This document shows, in pieces, positions 23,755 through 34,096 of a stretch of 64,000 nt of DNA. The translations under genes and the position numbers were made by a program. Source of the DNA: an uncultured Chloroflexia bacterium (GTDB lineage Bacteria > Chloroflexota > Limnocylindria > Limnocylindrales > CSP1-4); NCBI GenBank assembly GCA_963763775.1, contig CAVXPZ010000001.1:992001-1056000 (forward strand), in the 5' to 3' direction. The notes under the pieces are model-generated. The model was not told the origin of the DNA. It ran no database searches and worked only from the letters and a program-made list of their open reading frames with translations. How positions within the stretch are numbered: position 1 is the first letter of the stretch; each line of letters starts with the position of its first letter.

Positions 23755-25068
23755 TCAGCGTGCCCGACGGCGGGCGATGGTGTCGAGGCCGACGGCCGTG
23801 ACGAGGACGACGCCCACGACGACGTCCTGGATCGGGGTGTCGACGTTGATCAGGACCATGCCCGACTGCAGCGACTGCATGACGACCGCGCCGAGCACGG
23901 CGCCCGGGATCGTCCCGATGCCGCCGGCGAACGACGTCCCGCCGATGACCGCGGCCGCGATGACCGCGAGCTCGGCTTGGGTGCCCAGGCCCGTCACCGC
24001 CGCGTTGAGGCGGGCGGTCTGGACCGCGGCGCTCAGGGCGGCGAGGAAGCCCATGATCACGAACGTCAGCAGGATCGTGCGACGGGTGTTGATGCCGCCG
24101 AGTTCCGCGGCCTCGGGGTTGCCGCCGATCGCGAACACGTAGCGGCCGAACCGCCGTCGAGTCGCGAGGATCGTCATGACGATCGTGACGCCGATGCAGA
24201 TGAGGACGGGGTTCGCGATCCCGGTCGGGATCTGGAGGCCACCGGGCGGCGCGACGATGCCGTGGGCGGCGGCGTACTGCTTCGCGAGCTCCTCCGGCCA
24301 GAAGTAGCTGTTGGCGACCCAGACGGCCGCGATGACCGCGACGCAGCCCAGGATGCCGATCGTCATCTCCGCCCACATCGGCCGCAGCGGGAACCCGAAG
24401 TGATGGCGCCGACGCCGGCTCGAGATGAGGCTGTAGACGATGCCGATGCAGGCAAGGATGCCCAGGACCCAGCTCACCGTGTCCCCGACGGATCCCTTCG
24501 GGCCGCCGCCGAGCAACTGGTAGGTGGCGTCCATCGGGGCGATGGTCCGCCCGGACGCGAGCTCGAAGGTCAGGCCGCGCCAGACGAGCAGTCCGCCGAG
24601 CGTGACGATGAATGACGGGATGCCGATGAAGGCCACCAGGAACCCCTGGAGGCCGCCGATGAGGGCCCCGAGGGTCACGCCGATCAGGACGGCGATGATC
24701 CAGGTGTACGGCTGGTCGAAGCCGAGGCCGAGGTTCTGCGGGATCCATTCGGCCTGGACCAGCGCCATCGTCATGCCCGTGAACCCGAGGATCGAGCCGA
24801 CGGACAGGTCGATGTTGCGCGAGACGATGATCAGGACCATGCCGGTCGCCATGATCGCGACGGACGCGCTCTGGACCGAGAGGTTCCAGAGGTTCCGCGG
24901 CGTCAGGAACAGGCCGCCTGACATCACGTTGAAGACGAGCCAGATGACGACGAGGGCGAGGATCATGCCGAGGAGGCGGGTGTCCACCTCCGCGGAGAAC
25001 AGCAACGAACGGATCGAACGCGGCGGTTGATCGCTCGGTCGAGCGGACGCGACGGATGCCTCAGCCAT
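23755..25068 (-). CDS. Xylose/sugar ABC transporter permease (XylH-like)
   Basis: [33 protein letters not shown]. Confidence 0.9.
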   Translation of the reverse strand: MAEASVASARPSDQPPRSIRSLLFSAEVDTRLLGMILALVVIWLVFNVMSGGLFLTPRNLWNLSVQSASVAIMATGMVLIIVSRNIDLSVGSILGFTGMTMALVQAEWIPQNLGLGFDQPYTWIIAVLIGVTLGALIGGLQGFLVAFIGIPSFIVTLGGLLVWRGLTFELASGRTIAPMDATYQLLGGGPKGSVGDTVSWVLGILACIGIVYSLISSRRRRHHFGFPLRPMWAEMTIGILGCVAVIAAVWVANSYFWPEELAKQYAAAHGIVAPPGGLQIPTGIANPVLICIGVTIVMTILATRRRFGRYVFAIGGNPEAAELGGINTRRTILLTFVIMGFLAALSAAVQTARLNAAVTGLGTQAELAVIAAAVIGGTSFAGGIGTIPGAVLGAVVMQSLQSGMVLINVDTPIQDVVVGVVLVTAVGLDTIARRRAR

Positions 25069-25097
25069 CGTGACGCCTCATAGCCCTGGATAGGACT

Positions 25098-25135
25098 GCG
25101 CCCTGCGCCGCGGGGTCACCGCGGGCGCAGGGCGC
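25098..25135. terminator. Stem-loop between the SBP and permease genes
   Basis: GCGCCCTGCGCC...GGCGCAGGGCGC. Confidence 0.55.
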
Positions 25136-25162
25136 TTCATGGATCGGTTCAGCGGCGGGAGA

Positions 25163-26305
25163 CTACGGGCAGACGGGGACGGAACCCGCCTTGACGCCCT
25201 GGCACAGGGTGGCCACGTCGATCCATCCGGCGTCGAGGACGTCCTTCAGGTTGGCCTGGGTGATCGCCTCAGGGGTGAGGAAGACCGAGGTCATGCTGTT
25301 CCCACCGGGGCTCTGGAACTGCACGGTGCTGGGGACGGACTTGACGTCCTTGTTGGCGCACAGCGCGATCGCGGCATCACCGGCCGCCTTGCCAAGCACG
25401 CGAGCGTCCTTCCAGACGTCCACGGTCTGCGTGCCAAGTGCGACGCGGTTCAGCGCCGGGGCGTCGCCGTCCTGGCCCGAGACCGGCACCTTGCCGTCAA
25501 GGCCCTGGGCAGCGAGAGCGGCGATGACGCCGCCAGCCATGCCGTCGTTCTCGGAGAGAACGGCGTCGATCTTGTTGCTGGCAGCCGTGAGGATCTGCTC
25601 CATCTCGGTCTGCGCGTTCTTCGGATCCCAGTTGTCGGTGTACTGCTCGGCGGCGATCTTGATATCACCGGCCTTCACGGCGGCACCGATGACCTCTTCC
25701 ATGCCGGCTCGCAGGAAGTCGGCGTTGGCGTCGGCCTTGTTGCCCTTGATGATCGCGTAGGTGCCCTTCGGCACCTTGTCGAAGATCGCCTGCGCCTGCA
25801 GGTGACCGACGAGCTTGTTGTCGAACGTGACGTACAGCGCGTTCGGGTCCTCGATCAGGCGGTCATACGCGATGACCGGGATCCCAGCCGCGGTGGCGGC
25901 AGCCACGGACGGCTTGATGGCCGTGCCGTCCTGCGCGAGGATGATCACGACGTTCGCGCCCTGCGAGATCAGGTTCTCGACGTTGGTCGCCTGGGTCTCA
26001 GCGGACGACTTGGCGTCGTTCTCGATGTAGGTCCCGCCACCAGCCGCGACGGCGGCCTGGATGGCCGGCTTGTCGAACTTGGCCCAGCGAGGCTCCTGGA
26101 AGTTGTTCCACGAGACGCCGACCTTGCAGGCGGCGGCTGCGGCCGATGCCGACTCCGACGGAGCGGCAGCGCTCGGGGCAGCCGCGCTCGGCGCAGCGGC
26201 GCTCGGGGCGGCCGCGCTCGGGGCGGCAGACGACCCGCTGCTGCTACAAGCAGCGAGCAGGATCACGGCGGCCGACCCAAGGGCCGCCAAACGGCGATTG
26301 AACAT
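25163..26305 (-). CDS. D-xylose ABC transporter substrate-binding lipoprotein (XylF-like)
   Basis: LAAC lipobox, SAAAP linker, EPRW, IAYDRL, NDGMAGG, SGQDGD, VWKD. Confidence 0.9.
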   Translation of the reverse strand: MFNRRLAALGSAAVILLAACSSSGSSAAPSAAAPSAAAPSAAAPSAAAPSESASAAAAACKVGVSWNNFQEPRWAKFDKPAIQAAVAAGGGTYIENDAKSSAETQATNVENLISQGANVVIILAQDGTAIKPSVAAATAAGIPVIAYDRLIEDPNALYVTFDNKLVGHLQAQAIFDKVPKGTYAIIKGNKADANADFLRAGMEEVIGAAVKAGDIKIAAEQYTDNWDPKNAQTEMEQILTAASNKIDAVLSENDGMAGGVIAALAAQGLDGKVPVSGQDGDAPALNRVALGTQTVDVWKDARVLGKAAGDAAIALCANKDVKSVPSTVQFQSPGGNSMTSVFLTPEAITQANLKDVLDAGWIDVATLCQGVKAGSVPVCP

Positions 26306-26527
26306 AGTTGCTCCTCTCCTCAAGACGATGTTTCCCCCCATTCGTTCATGACTCCCCGTCTGAACCGTTCTACGGTAGCACCCTCCTCAGCCCATTTCAG
26401 CGTCGGGGCTCGCATGCGGCTTGGTGGATCCGGCCGCATCAACGCGGACCATCTCGTCCGGCACGAGGGAGGAGGGCTCGGGCGGGACGAGGTCGTCAGC
26501 GTGGAGACGGGACATCACACACATGAT

Positions 26528-27763
26528 TCAGGCGCTCGCGAGCGCCGTGAGGTCGGCTCTCGGCCCCAGCCACGAGGCCGGGTCCGCCAGGAGCGGCTCG
26601 AACGCCAGCTCGGCGGCACCGAGCAGCGGCGCGTCCACCCCGATCGAGGACGGGACGACGCGGACGAGAGCTCGCGGGGCGGCGAGGGTCCGGCGATCGA
26701 GCTCGGCCTCGACGGTCGCGCCGACGTACGGATGGATGCGGCTGAAGAAGCCGCCCAGGACGATGAGCCGGGGGTCGAAGACGTTGATGAGCCCCGCGAG
26801 GCCGATCCCGAGCCAGCGCCCCACGTGATCGAGCGCCGCGAGCGCGACCGGCGAGCCTGCGGCGGCCTCCGCGATGACGGCGTCCACCTCGGCTCGGCCA
26901 CCGCCGGCGTCACGGCCGGCCCGGGCCAACAGGGCACCTTCGCCCACCTCGGTCTCCCAGCAGCCGATGGACCCGCAACGGCAGGCGATGCCATCCGGGT
27001 TGAACGGCAGATGGCCGATCTCGCCGCTGTATCCGGCCACGCCGGTCAGGGGCTCGCCGCCGACGATCAGCCCACCTCCGACGCCGACCTCGCCTGACAC
27101 GTACAGGATGTCGTCGGCCCCGCGAGCGACGCCGCGCCGCATCTCCATCAGCGCGCCGAGGTCCGCATCGTTGGCCACCATGACCGGTAGTCGCGTGCCA
27201 AGCGCACGGGCCAGTTCCGCGCCGAGCGGGACATCGACCCAGCCCAGGTTCGGAGCCATCGAGACGAACCCGTCGCTGCGCCGGACCACGCCGACCACGG
27301 AGACGCCGATGCCGATGATCCGGTCGTCGTCGGGCCGCGTCGCCTGGAGCCCACGGGCGAGCTCGGCGAGGTCGCCGGCGATCTCCTCGACGGAGAAGTG
27401 GCCGCGCGGCCGGTCCACCCGGACCAGCTCGACGACCTCGCCGCCCAGCCCGACGATCGCGGCGGCGAGCGAATCGACCGCGACTTCGAGCGCCAGGATC
27501 ATCGCCCCGTCGGTGTTGAGGCGGACGAGCGGCGAGGGCCGGCCCGGGATGCCCAGCGGCGTCGGCCGCTCCTCGGTGACGAGGTCCCCGAAGGCCAGCT
27601 CGCCGATCAGGCTCCGGATGGCGCTGCGCGTCAGACCGGTGCGAGCGACCAGCTCCGATCGGGACAGCGGGCCGCGCGTGTGGAGCTCTCGGACGAGCGC
27701 GCTCAGGTTCGCCCGCCGGACGGTCTCGCTGCGCTGGCCGATGTCGTCGCGACCCTTCGTCAC
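26528..27763 (-). CDS. ROK family transcriptional repressor (XylR-like)
   Basis: N-terminal HTH, GRP, NDA, GEIGH, CRCGSIGCWE. Confidence 0.92.
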   Translation of the reverse strand: MTKGRDDIGQRSETVRRANLSALVRELHTRGPLSRSELVARTGLTRSAIRSLIGELAFGDLVTEERPTPLGIPGRPSPLVRLNTDGAMILALEVAVDSLAAAIVGLGGEVVELVRVDRPRGHFSVEEIAGDLAELARGLQATRPDDDRIIGIGVSVVGVVRRSDGFVSMAPNLGWVDVPLGAELARALGTRLPVMVANDADLGALMEMRRGVARGADDILYVSGEVGVGGGLIVGGEPLTGVAGYSGEIGHLPFNPDGIACRCGSIGCWETEVGEGALLARAGRDAGGGRAEVDAVIAEAAAGSPVALAALDHVGRWLGIGLAGLINVFDPRLIVLGGFFSRIHPYVGATVEAELDRRTLAAPRALVRVVPSSIGVDAPLLGAAELAFEPLLADPASWLGPRADLTALASA

Positions 27764-27766
27764 CGG

Positions 27767-27789
27767 GTTTGTGTTCCTCTCTTATAAAT
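27767..27789. promoter_or_regulatory. Second ROK operator, between the ROK gene and the Gfo/Idh/MocA gene
   Basis: GTTTGTGTTCCTCTCTTATAAAT; first 10 nt identical to the xylA operator. Confidence 0.65.
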
Positions 27790-27903
27790 GACCGTGCTAG
27801 GGTGTTCCAAGGCTTCGGCGGTGTCAAGCCACGTTCTCGTTCGGTGTCGCCTGGGACATCCCCACCCCCTGGAGGCCGATGTGACCGCAACCATGCCCAC
27901 CCG

Positions 27904-28893
27904 ATGACCACCCTCCGCTGGGGCATCCTCGGTCCCGGCCGCATCGCCCCTCGCCTGGTCCGCGGGGTGGCCGCGAGCCCCCGGGGCGACCTCGTCGCCG
28001 TGGCCAGCCGGGATCTCGCCCGGGCGTCCGCGTTCGCGGCGACCCACGGGATCGCGCGGGCCTACGGCTCCTATGCCGAGCTGCTCGACGACCCCGAGGT
28101 CGACGTCGTCTACATCGCGCTGCCCAACCACCTGCACGCGCCCTGGGCGGTCCGTGCCCTCGATGCCGGCAAGCACGTCCTGTGTGAGAAGCCGCTCGCG
28201 CTCGCGGCCGAGGACGTCGACGCCATCATCGCCGCGAGCGAGCGGTCGGGCCGGGCGGCAGCCGAGGCGTTCATGTACCTCCACCACCCGCAGATCGTCC
28301 GATCGGTGGCGCTGGCGCGGGATGGCGCCCTCGGGACCCTCCAGGTCGTCCTCGGGTCGTTCTCGTTCTTCCTCGACCACCCGGGCGACCCGCGCGCGGA
28401 GCCGTCCATGGGCGGCGGGTCGATCTGGGACGTGGGCTGCTACCCCGTCAGCCTGGCCCGCCGCGTCGCCGGCGAGGAGCCCGACAGGCTCGCCGCGTCC
28501 GCCCGCTTCGACGAGCGGGGCGTCGATCGCACGTTCGTCGGGCAGCTGCACTTCCCGAGCGGCCTGCTCGCACAGTTCGACAGCGGGTTCGCGGCGCCGG
28601 ACCGCCAGCGGATCGAGATCGTGGGGTCCGAGGCGACCCTCGTCCTGGACGCCCCGTTCCTGTGCGCGCCCGACGGTCCACGGCCGACCGTGACGATGTG
28701 GCGGGACGGCGAGGGCATGCCGGTGGACGTGCCGTCGGTGGACCAGTACGCCCTGGAGGTCGAGGACCTGACCGCGGTCATCCTCGATGGTCGAGCCCCG
28801 CACCTGACGCTCGGGTCGAGCCGCGGCAATGTCGCCACCCTCGCGGCACTGGACCGTCTGGCGCGGGCGAACGCCGGGCTGAACGCTGGCTGA
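27904..28893 (+). CDS. Gfo/Idh/MocA oxidoreductase (possible D-xylose dehydrogenase)
   Basis: WGILGPGRIA, CEKP, GGGSIWDVGCY. Confidence 0.85.
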   Translation: MTTLRWGILGPGRIAPRLVRGVAASPRGDLVAVASRDLARASAFAATHGIARAYGSYAELLDDPEVDVVYIALPNHLHAPWAVRALDAGKHVLCEKPLALAAEDVDAIIAASERSGRAAAEAFMYLHHPQIVRSVALARDGALGTLQVVLGSFSFFLDHPGDPRAEPSMGGGSIWDVGCYPVSLARRVAGEEPDRLAASARFDERGVDRTFVGQLHFPSGLLAQFDSGFAAPDRQRIEIVGSEATLVLDAPFLCAPDGPRPTVTMWRDGEGMPVDVPSVDQYALEVEDLTAVILDGRAPHLTLGSSRGNVATLAALDRLARANAGLNAG

Positions 28894-29010
28894 CGACCCG
28901 GGTCTCGGCTCGTTCGGCGGACTTGTGCTTGAATGCCCCGGCGTCGTCAGGCGCCGCGCGCCGGGGGCCGCGTGTCGGTCGGGACCGGGTCCGGAGGATC
29001 GGTGGAACGC

Positions 29011-30669
29011 ATGAGCCGGAGGACCCGAAGGACGGCACTGGGGCTCGGCGTCGTCGCGGTCGTCGCCCTCGGCCTCCTCGGCGGGCTGGTCGCCACCGGG
29101 ACCCTCGGGCCGCGCGTTGGGTCCAGCGCGCTCCCCGCGCCGCACTTCGTGTCGGAGGCCTCGGCGGCCGGCATCGACCACGTCTATGACGGGGACGTCG
29201 AGTTCTTCGAGGGCGGCGGGGTCGCGGCCTTCGACTGCGACGCGAACGGGTCGCCGGACCTCTACCTCGCCGGCGGCACCAACCCGGCGACGCTCTATCG
29301 GAACGAGAGCCCGGTCGGTGGCGCCCTGAAGTTCGAGGCCGTCCACGACCCGGTCACGGACCTGACCGACGTGACCGGCGCGTATCCCATCGATATCGAT
29401 GGCGACGGGGTGACGGACCTCGCGGTGCTGCGCGTCGGTGAGAACGTCCTGCTGCGTGGCCTCGGCGACTGCCGCTTCGAGCGGGCGAACGAGGCCTGGG
29501 GGTTCGACGGCGGTGCGGCGTGGACCGATGCCTTCAGCGCGACGTGGGAGGACCAGCGGTCGTTGCCGACGCTGGCGATCGGGAACTACCAGGGTCTCGA
29601 CGCGAACGGCAAGGCGACCGGGGACTGCGCGGACAGCGAGCTCATCCGCCCGCAAGGCGACCGGTACGGGACGCCGACGCCGCTGTCCCCCGGCTACTGC
29701 ACGCTGTCGGCGCTCTTCAGCGACTGGGACCGCAACGGGCAGCACGACCTGCGGATGACGAACGACCGCAACTACTACCGGGACGGATCCGACCAGCTCT
29801 GGAAGGTCACGCCCGGCGAGCCGCCCCGGCCGTACACCACCGCGGAGGGCTGGCAGCCCCTCAAGATCTGGGGGATGGGGATCGCCAGCCAGGACCTCAC
29901 CGGCGACGGCAAGCCGGAGGTCTTCCTGACGAGCCAGGGGGACAACAAGCTGCAGAGCCTCGTGGATGGCGCGACCGGGCCTGACTACCGCGACATCGCG
30001 CTGTCTCGTGGGGCCACGGCCACCCGGCCGTACATCGGCGACGAGGGCCTGCCCTCGACGGCCTGGCACCCGCAGTTCGAGGACGTCAACAACGACGGCC
30101 ACATGGACCTGTTCGTCACGAAGGGCAACGTCGAGGCGATGCCGGACTACGCCGCCAAGGACCCGAGCAACCTCCTCATCGGCCAGGCCGACGGCACGTT
30201 CGTGGAAGGTGCCGAGACGGCGGGGATCGTCAGCTACGCCCGCGCCCGCGGCGCCGCCGTCGCCGACTTCAACCTCGACGGCCTGCTCGACATCATCGAG
30301 GTCAACCGGCGCGAGAACGTGAACCTGTGGCGCAACGTGGGCTCGGGCGACGGGGCGACCGGCGGGAGCATGGGGAACTGGCTCGCGGTCCGCCTCGAGT
30401 CACCGGGCGCAAACCGCGACGCGATCGGGGCCTGGATCGAGGTCGTCGCCGGCAGCCAGACCACGAATCGCGAGCTGACGGTCGGGGGCGGTCACGCCGG
30501 CGGGCAGCTCGGGTGGACGCACTTCGGCCTCGGTGACGCGGACAAGGCGGAGGTCCGTGTCCACTGGCCGGACGGCGGGACCGGCGCCTGGCACGCCATC
30601 GACGCCGACCAGTTCGTCATCCTGTCCCGTGACGGGAAGGTCCAGCCATGGAGCCCCACCCAGCCGTGA
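29011..30669 (+). CDS. CRTAC1/ASPIC-UnbV family FG-GAP repeat protein, secreted or anchored
   Basis: Repeated DxDxDG..D Ca-binding loops; C-terminal NRDAIGA...HFGLG...VHWPDG. Confidence 0.85.
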   Translation: MSRRTRRTALGLGVVAVVALGLLGGLVATGTLGPRVGSSALPAPHFVSEASAAGIDHVYDGDVEFFEGGGVAAFDCDANGSPDLYLAGGTNPATLYRNESPVGGALKFEAVHDPVTDLTDVTGAYPIDIDGDGVTDLAVLRVGENVLLRGLGDCRFERANEAWGFDGGAAWTDAFSATWEDQRSLPTLAIGNYQGLDANGKATGDCADSELIRPQGDRYGTPTPLSPGYCTLSALFSDWDRNGQHDLRMTNDRNYYRDGSDQLWKVTPGEPPRPYTTAEGWQPLKIWGMGIASQDLTGDGKPEVFLTSQGDNKLQSLVDGATGPDYRDIALSRGATATRPYIGDEGLPSTAWHPQFEDVNNDGHMDLFVTKGNVEAMPDYAAKDPSNLLIGQADGTFVEGAETAGIVSYARARGAAVADFNLDGLLDIIEVNRRENVNLWRNVGSGDGATGGSMGNWLAVRLESPGANRDAIGAWIEVVAGSQTTNRELTVGGGHAGGQLGWTHFGLGDADKAEVRVHWPDGGTGAWHAIDADQFVILSRDGKVQPWSPTQP

Positions 30670-30688
30670 GCGACCGAGGAGCCTGCCG

Positions 30689-32062
30689 ATGACGACGCCC
30701 CGCCTGGCCGAGGTCGCCCTCCCGGAGTTCGGCGTGCCCGACGAACGCCCGCTGATCCCGGCCGCGACCTACGCGGCCCGCCTGGAGGCACTCCGCGATC
30801 GGGCCGAGGCGCGCGGCTACGACCGCGTGGTCGTCTACGCGGATCGCGAGCACAGCGCCAACCTCTCGTTCCTCACGGGCTTCGACCCGCGCTTCGAGGA
30901 GGCGATGCTCATCGTCGGGCCTGTGGGCGTCCCGGCGATCCTGGTCGGCAATGAGTGCTGGGGGATGGCCGGTGCGGCGCCGCTGCCGATGGAACGCCAC
31001 CGGTTCCAGGACTTCAGCCTGCCGAGCCAGCCGCGCGACCGGTCCCGGCCGCTCGGCGAGATCCTGGCCGGCGAGGGCGTCGGCTCCGGCAGCCGCGTCG
31101 GGGTCATCGGCTGGAAGACCTACGCACGGCGCGAGACGCTCGAGGTGCCGGCGTTCATCGTGGACGAGCTGCGCACGCTGGTGGGTCCAGGCGGGATGGT
31201 CGAGAATGCCGGCGACCTCCTCATCGGCGCGGCCGACGGGCTGCGGATCGTCAACGACGCCGACCAGATCGCGGCCTTCGAACACGCGGCGTGCCAGACC
31301 TCCGCGGGCGTGCGCGGCGTGCTGACCGGCGTCCGGCCCGGCATGCGCGAGTCGGAGGCCGTGCGGCTGCTCCGCTGGGACGGATCGCCGCTCTCGTGCC
31401 ACCTGATGCTCACCGCGGGGCCGCGCGCCTCGCTCGGGCTGCTCAGCCCGGGCGACCGTCGCATCGAGCGGGGCGACCGGTTCACCGTGGCCTTCGGGAT
31501 CTGGGGCGCCCTGAACTGTCGCGCCGGGTTCGTGGTGGAGGACGCGTCCGAGCTGCCCGCGGGCATCGCCGACTACGTCGAGCGGCTGGTGGGTCCGTAC
31601 TTCGCGGCCGTGGCCGAGTGGTACGCGGCGCTGCACATCGGCCAGACCGGCGGGACGCTCCAGGCCATCATCGACCGCCACCTCGGCGACCCGTTCTTCG
31701 GGATCTTCCTGAACCCGGGCCACCAGCTCCATCTCGACGAGTGGGTCAACTCGCCGGTCGGTCCCGGCTCGACGGTCGAGCTGCGATCCGGGATGGTCAT
31801 GCAGGTCGACATCATCCCGGCCACCGGGACCGACCACTTCACGACCAACATCGAGGACGGCCTGGCGCTGGCCGACGCGAGTCTGCGCGCGACCATCGCG
31901 GCACGCTACCCGGAGACGTGGACGCGCATCCAGGCGCGCCGCGCGTTCATGGCGGGCTCGCTCGGCATCGAGCTCCACCCGGACGTTCTCCCCTTCTCGA
32001 ACATCCCGGCCTACCTGTCGCCGTTCATCCTCCGCCCGGACCGGGTCATGACCCTGGCCTGA
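30689..32062 (+). CDS. M24 (Xaa-Pro aminopeptidase)-like protein
   Basis: LSFLTGFDPRFEE, LNPGHQLHLDEW, NIEDG. Confidence 0.65.
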   Translation: MTTPRLAEVALPEFGVPDERPLIPAATYAARLEALRDRAEARGYDRVVVYADREHSANLSFLTGFDPRFEEAMLIVGPVGVPAILVGNECWGMAGAAPLPMERHRFQDFSLPSQPRDRSRPLGEILAGEGVGSGSRVGVIGWKTYARRETLEVPAFIVDELRTLVGPGGMVENAGDLLIGAADGLRIVNDADQIAAFEHAACQTSAGVRGVLTGVRPGMRESEAVRLLRWDGSPLSCHLMLTAGPRASLGLLSPGDRRIERGDRFTVAFGIWGALNCRAGFVVEDASELPAGIADYVERLVGPYFAAVAEWYAALHIGQTGGTLQAIIDRHLGDPFFGIFLNPGHQLHLDEWVNSPVGPGSTVELRSGMVMQVDIIPATGTDHFTTNIEDGLALADASLRATIAARYPETWTRIQARRAFMAGSLGIELHPDVLPFSNIPAYLSPFILRPDRVMTLA

Positions 32063-32099
32063 GCGGGCCGCACCACCGACCCGGACCGAGGTTCCACCG

Positions 32100-33251
32100 A
32101 TGGCGTCCGCCGTGACGGTCGATCGCGTCGCCAGCCTGGTCGTCGTCTTCGCCTTCTCGATCGGCCTGGGCGTCGCGACGATCGCGATCCCGCTCCTGGC
32201 GCTCGATGCCGGGTACGACCCGGCGACCATCGGCTTCCTCGCCGCGACGTCCGCCGCGAGCCAGCTCGGATTCCGGCTGTGCCTGCCGTGGCTGTTCGGG
32301 CGGTTCGCGGATCGCACGCTCATCGCCGGCGCGGCGATGCTGATGGTGGCGGCGTTCGCGAGCCTGCTGGTCTCGACGGCGATCGCCGTCTTCGTCACCT
32401 CGCAGCTCCTCCAGGGTGCCGCGCGGGCCATCTTCTGGACCAGCAGCCAGACGCACGCGGTCCGCGGCGTGGGTCGGCCGGTCGACCGGCTGGTCGACGT
32501 GAACGTGGCGGGCAACGCGGGCACGCTGATCGGGCCGGTGATCGCGGGCACGCTCGCCGTGTTCGGCCTGCCGGTCGCGATCGGGGCGGCCGCCGTCGGC
32601 GCGCTGGTGGCGGTCGCGGGCACCGGCCTGCTGCGCCGCCTGCCGCCGTACGACCGGCGCCGGTCCGCGGGCACGATGCGGCTCCTGCGCCGCGACGGCG
32701 TCGACATCGCCTGCTGGGCGAGCGTCGTCGGCGGCGGCTGGTGGGCGATGCTCGGCTCCTACATCCCGGTCATCCTCGTGGGCGCCGGGCTCGGCGCGGC
32801 GGGGATCGGCTGGCTCGTGACGCTCTCGGAGGCGGCGTCCATCGGCGGGATCCTCGTCCTGCGGCGGCTCCCGGCGGGCCGGATCCGCGCGGCCGTCGCG
32901 ATCGGGTCGTACGGTGCCGCCGCGGTCCTGGCCGGGCTGGCCGTCATCCCGGAAGGGCTCGCCGGCTACGCGATCCTGCTCGTGGTCGGCGGGGTCGCCA
33001 GCGGCACGATCACGACCCTCGCGCCCGCGATGGCGAGTCTCGCGGCCACGGCCGACGAGCAGGGCGACGTGCTCGCCCTGTCGGGGACGTTCCGCGCGGC
33101 GGCGCTGCTGGCGGCGCCCGCCGCGGTCGGCGCGCTGCTCTCCGTCGTCGCCCTTCCGGCCGCGGTCGTCCTGCTGGGGGCGGGCCTCGGCCTTCCAGGT
33201 CTCGCCCTGGGGCGACGCCAGACCGACCCGGAGGCCGCGTCGGTGGCCTGA
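32100..33251 (+). CDS. MFS transporter
   Basis: About 12 hydrophobic helices. Confidence 0.8.
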   Translation: MASAVTVDRVASLVVVFAFSIGLGVATIAIPLLALDAGYDPATIGFLAATSAASQLGFRLCLPWLFGRFADRTLIAGAAMLMVAAFASLLVSTAIAVFVTSQLLQGAARAIFWTSSQTHAVRGVGRPVDRLVDVNVAGNAGTLIGPVIAGTLAVFGLPVAIGAAAVGALVAVAGTGLLRRLPPYDRRRSAGTMRLLRRDGVDIACWASVVGGGWWAMLGSYIPVILVGAGLGAAGIGWLVTLSEAASIGGILVLRRLPAGRIRAAVAIGSYGAAAVLAGLAVIPEGLAGYAILLVVGGVASGTITTLAPAMASLAATADEQGDVLALSGTFRAAALLAAPAAVGALLSVVALPAAVVLLGAGLGLPGLALGRRQTDPEAASVA

Positions 33252-33261
33252 GCCAGGACCG

Positions 33262-34032
33262 TCAGTCGGCCGTCGGCCGGGCGAACAGGTAGAGGGACCA
33301 CCCGAGCGTCTCGCGCCCCCACGTGAGGTACTCGTGTCGCGAGTGCGCGACTCGTTCCAGCACTTCGGGAACGTCAGGGTCCTCGGGGTTCGCGGCGGCG
33401 TATCGGGCGGCGGCTCGCCATTGGAGCGTCTCGTAGCGGTCCCAATCGTCGCCGTTGCTCACGAGCGCGAGGAGCGGGATCAGGCCGACGGACGCACCGG
33501 TCTCGACGTTCGACGCGTGCGTCCCGAACGCATCGCGGCGCAGGCCGGACCACTCGAGGTAGGCCGGGTCCGGCTCGGAGCGCCAGAACGGCTCGCCGAC
33601 GAGGACCTGGCCACCGGGCCTGGCGGCGTCACGCAAGGTGCTGAGCGTCTGCCGGTGCCCGCCGAACGTCCAACTCGCCCCGATGCAACTCGCGAGATCG
33701 AACGTGCCGGGCTCGGGGCGGTAGTCGGCGCCGTCCATCTCGTGGAGCTCGAACCTGGAGGCGGGGACGCGACGCCGGGCCGCGTCCTCGAGCTCCGCGA
33801 TGGCGAACGGCGACAGGTCGACGCCCACGCCGTGGAACCCGCCGCCCGACCGCGCCGCCGGCGCTTCGGCGAGCCGCAGCAGGAACTCGCCCTTGCCACA
33901 CGCGATGTCGAGCACGGTGGGTCGCGGCGACAGGTCGATGAGCGCGATGACCTCGTCGAGCTTGCGCAGGCTCGTCGGATTGCAGATCCGATGGTCGCGA
34001 TGCGTGATGTCGTAGAACTTCCAGGTGTCCAA
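33262..34032 (-). CDS. Class I SAM-dependent methyltransferase (YjhP-like)
   Basis: HRICNP, VLDIACGKGE, CIGASW, VGEPFW. Confidence 0.85.
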   Translation of the reverse strand: MDTWKFYDITHRDHRICNPTSLRKLDEVIALIDLSPRPTVLDIACGKGEFLLRLAEAPAARSGGGFHGVGVDLSPFAIAELEDAARRRVPASRFELHEMDGADYRPEPGTFDLASCIGASWTFGGHRQTLSTLRDAARPGGQVLVGEPFWRSEPDPAYLEWSGLRRDAFGTHASNVETGASVGLIPLLALVSNGDDWDRYETLQWRAAARYAAANPEDPDVPEVLERVAHSRHEYLTWGRETLGWSLYLFARPTAD

Positions 34033-34096
34033 ATCGGCCCTCCGTGTGCGCCGACCGGGTCCGGCTGTGGGGACGCCCGGTGTCTCGTCGTCGGGA

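Noticed and set aside
26160-26228. 15-bp tandem repeat (and PT repeats near 4340-4420 and 5215-5330)
   Set aside because: These encode ordinary low-complexity linkers (SAAAP, PTPT) of exported proteins.
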